NCBI GenBank assembly: GCA_042572165.1
Contig: JBHPFF010000003.1
Span: 1 to 56,233 of the forward strand
Origin: Candidatus Latescibacterota bacterium
Lineage (GTDB): Bacteria; Latescibacterota; Latescibacteria; Latescibacterales; Latescibacteraceae
Length of the DNA stretch: 56,233 nt
Direction: 5' to 3'
Shown: one piece after another, positions 50,089 to 56,233 of the stretch
How the letters are laid out: every line of letters begins with the position of its first letter
How positions within the stretch are numbered: the first letter of the stretch is position 1
Translations under genes and position numbers: made by a program
The notes under the pieces: model-generated
What the model was told of the DNA's origin: nothing
Database searches by the model: none
The model's input: the letters and a program-made list of their open reading frames with translations, nothing else

Positions 50089-50273
50089 GTTTTTTTGAAG
50101 AGCACGAGACCTTATGTTTTTTACTAAGAATTTTCAATCATTATTACAGAAAGCTATCCAAAAAAAACAATAACTTATAAAGGTAACGATGTCAAGATTT
50201 ATAATTGTAACATATTTAAATTTCCTTGCAATACCATAATATGTACACAAAAAACAGTTATAACGCAGATTAT

Positions 50274-50894
50274 TCAGCATAATTTCTCATATGTTTTTTT
50301 AAATCGCTTAAGGAAAGAAAATATGAGCCGTTCACGATCAGGGACAAATCCAGCTTCACAAAAAAGAGAGATAGCATCAGGCAAACCTGAATTCATGAAT
50401 TCTTCTCTGGTTTGGTACAGGTTGATTCCCATGCCAAGAATAAGCGATAAAACGTTTTCTCCGCAGGATACAGATTCGTACATTATGCCGGCGAGTTTTC
50501 TGCCCCTCAAGATGATATCATTTGGATGCTTTATTTTAAATGGAAGGTCAAAATATTCGTTCAAACATTCAATGAGAATTCCGGCTGTAAGTGTAGATAA
50601 ATCCTCAAGACAACGGGGCTTATCCGGCAGAGGAACAACGAGTGATAATAAAAGACCTTTACCGCATGGTACAATCCAATCACGACCGTGAGTACCGCGT
50701 CCTTCATTTTGATGGTCTGCTGTAACAAGTGTCCAGCTCGAACATCCGTTTTTTGCCAGTTCGACAGCAGCATCTATTGTGGATGATACCTGAGAAAGAT
50801 CATACCATAAAAAACTATCACCGTCAATCTTAATAGTATCTATTTTTTTTATAATGCTTTGAGATATTGTTTCCGCTTTATCGGGGTCTGTCAT
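50274..50894 (-). CDS. birA: Biotin-protein ligase, compact (no HTH, C-terminal domain apparently absent)
   Basis: SSTID, QNEGRGTHGRDW, KHPND, KLAGI, GMGIN. Confidence 0.85.
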   Translation of the reverse strand: MTDPDKAETISQSIIKKIDTIKIDGDSFLWYDLSQVSSTIDAAVELAKNGCSSWTLVTADHQNEGRGTHGRDWIVPCGKGLLLSLVVPLPDKPRCLEDLSTLTAGILIECLNEYFDLPFKIKHPNDIILRGRKLAGIMYESVSCGENVLSLILGMGINLYQTREEFMNSGLPDAISLFCEAGFVPDRERLIFSFLKRFKKTYEKLC

Positions 50895-50906
50895 TTATAC
50901 ATCTTT

Positions 50907-51779
50907 TCAAAGTTCATCAAATAATAATGTAAAATCATGATTCACCACAGAATGGGTTAAAGAACCGACAGAAATGTAGTCAACTCCGGTTTCTGCAATT
51001 TCCCTTACATTATCCAGTTCGATGTTCCCGGAAGCCTCGATGCGAATATTCTTCCCGTTTTCAGATGAGGCTTCTTTTATAACTTTTACCGATCTTTCAA
51101 TTTCTGAAATATCCATATTGTCCAGCATAATTATGTTAACAGGTCTGTAAACAGCCTCGATGACTTCCTCGTATGACTTGCATTCAACCTCGATTTTCAT
51201 GTCATTCTTCTTCTTTAATAGCGACTTAACGCGGTCTACAGCAAGCCGAATACCGCCGGCAATCGCAATATGGTTGTCTTTTATCAACACCATGTCATAC
51301 AAACCGAAACGATGATTGAACCCACCACCGATTTTTACGGAATATTTATCAAGATGCCTCATTGTAGGTATGGTTTTCCTTGTATCAAGTATTTTTGCAT
51401 GACATCCCTGGATTTTTTTTACATAATCCGCAGTAACGGAAGCAATCCCTGTCATACGTCCGAGAAAATTCAAAGCTGTGCGTTCAGCTTTTAATATCGA
51501 GAGAACTGAACCGTTTATCTCAGCGATTTTCTGTCCCTTGGTAATTTTTGAGCCATCCTTGAACAGTACATCGGTTTCAAGGGATTGATCAATCATGTGA
51601 AACACCTTCATTGCAACATCAATACCGGCGAGGACTCCAGCATATTTACTGAAAAGAAATGCGGTGGAAATAATATCCCCGGGTACCGTTGCTTCGGATG
51701 TTATATCACCATCGCCAAGATCTTCTGCTAAAGCAGTTTCAATTAATACATCGGTTAGTTTTGCCCATGTTCTTTCCAT
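50907..51779 (-). CDS. nadC: Quinolinate phosphoribosyltransferase
   Basis: GDITS, AERTALN, DTRKT, HRFGL, KDNH, MLDN, EASG. Confidence 0.97.
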   Translation of the reverse strand: MERTWAKLTDVLIETALAEDLGDGDITSEATVPGDIISTAFLFSKYAGVLAGIDVAMKVFHMIDQSLETDVLFKDGSKITKGQKIAEINGSVLSILKAERTALNFLGRMTGIASVTADYVKKIQGCHAKILDTRKTIPTMRHLDKYSVKIGGGFNHRFGLYDMVLIKDNHIAIAGGIRLAVDRVKSLLKKKNDMKIEVECKSYEEVIEAVYRPVNIIMLDNMDISEIERSVKVIKEASSENGKNIRIEASGNIELDNVREIAETGVDYISVGSLTHSVVNHDFTLLFDEL

Positions 51780-51814
51780 GTTATGTTATTCACCTTTGAT
51801 TTAAAACTTTATTT

Positions 51815-52411
51815 TCATTGTTTCCATTGTTCGGCAAATCTATGAATAGTTTCCGGATATATCTCATGCTCTTTAACAAGTACTCGTTTCTGAAGAGTTT
51901 CAGGAGTATCATCAGGATATACCGGGACTTTAACCTGCGCCAAAATTGAACCGTGATCGTATTTACTGTCAACAATATGTACAGTGACTCCGCTTTCTTT
52001 TTCGCCTGCGGCTATCACCGCCTCATGAACATGTATCCCATACATATCTTTTCCGCCGAATTTCGGCAGAAGTGCCGGATGGATGTTAAGAATTCTACCT
52101 TCGTACGCCTCAAGCAAAACCGGACCGATCTTTTTCATGTAACCGGCAAGTACGACAATATCAATATTTCTGGAAACCATTTCATCAGTGATTCTTGCAT
52201 CCACAGTTTCAGCGCTGCCTTCAATTAAAGCACTGATATGCAATGCATCGATTCCATGTTTACGCGCCCGTTCGAGCGCTCCCGCCCCCGAATTATTTGA
52301 AATAACAACAACCACATCAGCCATAAGCGACCCGTCAAGGCTCCTGTCGATAATACTCTGTAAATTTGTGCCCCCTCCGGAAGCAAGAACACCGATCCTC
52401 AATCGTTTCAC
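51815..52411 (-). CDS. purN: Phosphoribosylglycinamide formyltransferase
   Basis: ASGGGTN, LAGYM, NIHPALLP, GVTVH, YDHG. Confidence 0.97.
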   Translation of the reverse strand: MKRLRIGVLASGGGTNLQSIIDRSLDGSLMADVVVVISNNSGAGALERARKHGIDALHISALIEGSAETVDARITDEMVSRNIDIVVLAGYMKKIGPVLLEAYEGRILNIHPALLPKFGGKDMYGIHVHEAVIAAGEKESGVTVHIVDSKYDHGSILAQVKVPVYPDDTPETLQKRVLVKEHEIYPETIHRFAEQWKQ

Positions 52412-52469
52412 ATTATTCTCCCCTGGCAGTCATGTTTCCTTTTCATGACATTTAGGTTATTTTAAAAAA

Positions 52470-53768
52470 TCATTTCGCGAGCACTCCTCCAAGAGCATAA
52501 GGCCCCATAAGATATTTCTTCCCCGCATTTAGAATATCAAGGGCTGTAATTGTTTCAATACCTTTATTATATTCATCGACAAATTCATAACCGATACCAA
52601 GAATCTCATAATGCCCGTACTGGGATGCCTGACCGGCGTTAGATTCCTGCGACATGATATGCATCCCCTTGAGAAAACTCTTTGCATCCTTGATTTCTTC
52701 CGGAGTTGGCTTCTCGTGTGTCATGCGTTTTATTTCGTCAATAAGCACCTGCTTGGCCTCTTCATACGAAGAAGGCTTTGTACCAATATAGGCTACATAT
52801 ATTCCTGCCTTCATCCGGGCATTTACAAAAGACGACACCTGATATGCAAGACCGCGTTTCTCCCTGACAGCCACAAAAAGCCTCGAATTCATCGAACCTC
52901 CCGTAATGGCATTTAGCACATCCATCGCATAGAAATCCGAATCGGCGAGAGTGGCTGATGGCCATGCGAGTCCAAACCAGCTTGCGGCAATATCGCGCGT
53001 TTCAATCTTCTCTACAGGAGATGAATAGTCTGCCTTTTCTCCGGGAACACCCGTCGGAACAGTACCCTTCGAAAGACCATTGAGTTTTTCGGTAATGTCG
53101 GCGATAAAGCGTTTTTCATTGAAATTACCGACCGCTGTTATCACAATATTGTTCGGGCTGTAAATCTTACGGTAAAGATCAACAATATCATCCCTTTTGA
53201 GCCTCTCAATTGTCTCACTATACCCCGATCTGGGCTTATGGAAAGGATGCCTGCCATAATGTGCTTCCACCATCAAATCAATGGCATGATATAACGGCTG
53301 GTCCTTCCTGATGAGGATGCTTCGCGTTTGAAGTTTTTTCTGAAGTTCCACAAAATCCTCGGGGAAAGTGGCATTGAGAAGTATGTCATAAAGTATGTCG
53401 AGGCTCCTGTATATGCTTTCTGATGTCGATTTCAATGCAATGGTGCCGTATTCACGGTCTGCAGAGGTTGAAATGTGTGTGCCCATGCTTTCAAGTTCAA
53501 GGGCGATCTGTTCAGATGTTCGGGTAGTGGTTCCTTTCAGGAGGGTATCCTGCATGAGAGTTGACAGTCCGGCTTTATCGTCTGTCTCGTATAGACTCCC
53601 CATTTTCAGGGTTACCACTACGGAAACTATATTGTTTGAGGTAACCGGTTTCGTGAGAATCACGAGTCCGTTTGGTAAAGTGGTCCGTTTCACCGCCAAA
53701 GCCTCCCCTGGGGACAGAAGATTAAGAATCAATATAAAAATTGGAGTAAACAATCGTATATTTTTCAC
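52470..53768 (-). CDS. M16 peptidase, non-catalytic subunit
   Basis: TLPNGL; lacks HXXEH; SRLF..VREKRGLAY; signal peptide. Confidence 0.9.
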   Translation of the reverse strand: MKNIRLFTPIFILILNLLSPGEALAVKRTTLPNGLVILTKPVTSNNIVSVVVTLKMGSLYETDDKAGLSTLMQDTLLKGTTTRTSEQIALELESMGTHISTSADREYGTIALKSTSESIYRSLDILYDILLNATFPEDFVELQKKLQTRSILIRKDQPLYHAIDLMVEAHYGRHPFHKPRSGYSETIERLKRDDIVDLYRKIYSPNNIVITAVGNFNEKRFIADITEKLNGLSKGTVPTGVPGEKADYSSPVEKIETRDIAASWFGLAWPSATLADSDFYAMDVLNAITGGSMNSRLFVAVREKRGLAYQVSSFVNARMKAGIYVAYIGTKPSSYEEAKQVLIDEIKRMTHEKPTPEEIKDAKSFLKGMHIMSQESNAGQASQYGHYEILGIGYEFVDEYNKGIETITALDILNAGKKYLMGPYALGGVLAK

Positions 53769-53783
53769 CGGAAACCTCCTTTA

Positions 53784-55151
53784 TTATTCAGGAATACGCT
53801 GGTTGATAATTCCTATTGAATACGAAAGAGGATTCAAAACCTTCGAAACATATACGGCAACATCTTTACTTGAAACTTCTTCAATTAAACTCTCGTATTT
53901 TGTTATATAATCAAGCAAGCCGACAGTATTGTAATAGCCGATAGTATGAGCTATATTTTCTCCCGTTTCGTTAGAAAACTGAAAATCCGCTTTTAACATA
54001 GTCTTCACTTTTTGAAGTTCTTCCTTACTAACAACCTCATTTCGTAGTTTTTCAATTTCTTCAATAACAGCTTTCCTGAAATCCTGTACGTCGTGGCGAT
54101 CCATAGTGGCAAAAATTACGAATAACCCCGATTGATTCAACGGATAAATAAAAGCCTGAACTGAATGAACAATCTGATCCTTTTCAACAAGCCGTTGATA
54201 GAGACGGGAGCTTCTTCCCTCTCCCAGAACTGAACTTGTGATATCAAGAACGACATTTTCTTTCAAATCTTTATAGCCCGAGGTTTGAAAAGCCATCATT
54301 ACATAGGTCATATTGACATCTTTTTCCAGTTCGAACCCATTTATGCCTTCACCGTCAGGGGTATTAAATCTGACAAAGCGGTCTTTAACCACAGGGTTGG
54401 GAATCCAATCAGCAGTTATCCGTTCAATTTCTCTGATCACAGCTTTTGTTTTAATATCACCGACTACGACAGCGGTCATATTATTTGGAACATAGAACTT
54501 TGCAAGGTATTTCCTGAAATCATCCCGAGTCAATGATGACACGCTTTCTTTTATCCCCAGTACAGGATGTGCATACGGAGTTTCGGGGAAAATAATCTTG
54601 AAAATCTCCTCATATAATTTGCCTGACGGATCATCCTCTTTGCGATTGATTTCCTCTTTTATAACACCGAGTTCCTTTTGTATTTCCTGCTCGGGAAAGT
54701 TTGAGTTTCGGATAGCATCTACAAGTATATCAGCAGCCAATGAAAATTCCCCGGACGGCAAAACCACATAATATGCCGTGTATTCTTTTGAGGTAAACGC
54801 ATTATTGTAACCGCCGAGGCTTTTTATTGCTCGGTCGATTTCCCCTACGCCGCGTTTTTCGGTTCCCTTGAAAAACATATGCTCATAAAAGTGTGAAATA
54901 CCGTGTTCACGTGAATTTTCATTGATGCTGCCGGTGTTGCACCACAGGTAAACAGCTACAATAGGAGTTGAATGAATCTCTTTGACAATAACATCCAGAC
55001 CGTTGTCAAGTGTCACTTTGGTAAACGGAACTAAAGTGGAATTTGACTTTATAGGATGATTCGGAGAAACCATACGGTTTCCGGAACAGGACTGTAGTAC
55101 GCTCATAAATATAATAACCACCGTTATTAAAAAAAATTTTTGTCTTAACAT
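53784..55151 (-). CDS. M16 peptidase, catalytic subunit (lipoprotein)
   Basis: HFYEHMFFKG, NAFTS; lipobox LQSC; SD GGAGG before ATG 55151. Confidence 0.92.
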   Translation of the reverse strand: MLRQKFFLITVVIIFMSVLQSCSGNRMVSPNHPIKSNSTLVPFTKVTLDNGLDVIVKEIHSTPIVAVYLWCNTGSINENSREHGISHFYEHMFFKGTEKRGVGEIDRAIKSLGGYNNAFTSKEYTAYYVVLPSGEFSLAADILVDAIRNSNFPEQEIQKELGVIKEEINRKEDDPSGKLYEEIFKIIFPETPYAHPVLGIKESVSSLTRDDFRKYLAKFYVPNNMTAVVVGDIKTKAVIREIERITADWIPNPVVKDRFVRFNTPDGEGINGFELEKDVNMTYVMMAFQTSGYKDLKENVVLDITSSVLGEGRSSRLYQRLVEKDQIVHSVQAFIYPLNQSGLFVIFATMDRHDVQDFRKAVIEEIEKLRNEVVSKEELQKVKTMLKADFQFSNETGENIAHTIGYYNTVGLLDYITKYESLIEEVSSKDVAVYVSKVLNPLSYSIGIINQRIPE

Positions 55152-55314
55152 TAATCTACCTCCAAATATGAAAAAAACATAGTATATTTCAATTGTTTTA
55201 TGATAAAGTCTAATAGTATAACGATGTTCGAACCGACATTTCAAATAACTTGAAAAAGTAGGGCTTAAAATTGGTGATTTAGATAATAATTACTTTCAAA
55301 TAAATTTACTTTAA

Positions 55315-56232
55315 TTAACCTTCAAACTCTATTTTTCGTAATTGATTTTCTTCGTCAGCTCTCTGTCGTTCGCTTTTTGCGCTTTTCTGAAAATTATCAA
55401 TCATTTTATTCACAAATTTTTTGACTTGGGGATTTTTCTCTTTTTTATATTTTACTAAGGATTTTGCTTTACCTTCAAAAGCGTTTGCAAGACCGTACTC
55501 TCCTGCAACCATACCAGTTGAATACATAATACCGCTTACTCTGTCTAATATATTTTTATTATCTGACCTCTTAACTATTTCAATACAAAGATCAAAATCA
55601 CAACCTTCAAAAGAATACATTATACGAATAGCTCTTATGAGATTTGTTTCATCGCCTTTTTTGATAATAGACATTATAATTTCATTTAATGGACTACCAA
55701 TTCTCTGTAAAAAATTAATTACATTCCAATTATATAAACTCCCATCCTTTGTCATTTTATCAACTAAATCTATTGCACATTTTTTATATTCTCTATGTTT
55801 TGCTATATAGCCACTTAAAGCTGGGTTGAAGTGATATGGTATTACTTTATAATTCTCAATACCGAACTGTCGCTCACCTTGTTTTTTTATGTTCTCGTCC
55901 TTTTCAATTCTTCCATTGAATACATCCATTATAGTATTTAAGTTATCTTTTCCAATTTCAAGAAGGAGGCCTTGAACATGCCAATCTAAATCCGGAAGTT
56001 CAATCATCTTTTGCTTTATGAACTCAACAGTACTTGTACTTAAGCTTTTAATATTAATCCACTTATATTGTGTTGCCATTGGCAATTGCTTAAAGTACAT
56101 GACAATGTATTGAGGATTCTTCCTTATTTCTTGAACTATTAAAGGCTCGATAATCTTTGGGCTTTTGATATAATTTCTTGCCAATGTATTTATGAGTGAA
56201 TAGTGAAGATCAATATCTTTTTCGCCTTTTAA
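55315..56232 (-). CDS. C-terminal part of a large AT-rich hypothetical protein (runs off the window)
   Basis: Frame has no stop from the window edge to 55315; helical composition. Confidence 0.75.
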   Translation of the reverse strand, partial: LKGEKDIDLHYSLINTLARNYIKSPKIIEPLIVQEIRKNPQYIVMYFKQLPMATQYKWINIKSLSTSTVEFIKQKMIELPDLDWHVQGLLLEIGKDNLNTIMDVFNGRIEKDENIKKQGERQFGIENYKVIPYHFNPALSGYIAKHREYKKCAIDLVDKMTKDGSLYNWNVINFLQRIGSPLNEIIMSIIKKGDETNLIRAIRIMYSFEGCDFDLCIEIVKRSDNKNILDRVSGIMYSTGMVAGEYGLANAFEGKAKSLVKYKKEKNPQVKKFVNKMIDNFQKSAKSERQRADEENQLRKIEFEG

Positions 56233-56233
56233 A

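Overview
Bacterial chromosomal window. The gene content resembles Latescibacterota/FCB-type anaerobes (inference). It has two parts. (1) About 1-24.9 kb is an accessory mosaic: hemerythrin, SDR, dipeptidase, TerB-like, M48 peptidase, TolB-TPR, EAL-HDOD, a pentapeptide-repeat K+ channel/HDOD pair, DHH phosphoesterase, two cupins, DUF362 and a PQQ-like beta-propeller. Its AT-rich spacers hold many short mobile-DNA stubs: 7 copies of an IS1380-type right end, 5 copies of an IS3-type right end, 3 orphan 3' ends of a T9SS-type sorting domain, a 3-copy unexplained repeat, and 2-3 integron attC cassettes with no integrase. I recognised only right ends, and most sit upstream of a gene and point into it. 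(2) From tRNA-Arg/tRNA-Cys (about 25 kb) onward the region is mostly core: uvrC, a TPR-FHA-PP2C-kinase(FGE) signalling cluster, cheY/FapA, dapAB, frameshifted prfB, a catabolic trio, the panB-dNK-folK-folB-coaX-birA-nadC-purN cofactor cluster, an M16 peptidase pair and a partial AT-rich gene at the edge. All family calls come from motif recognition by eye, not database searches.
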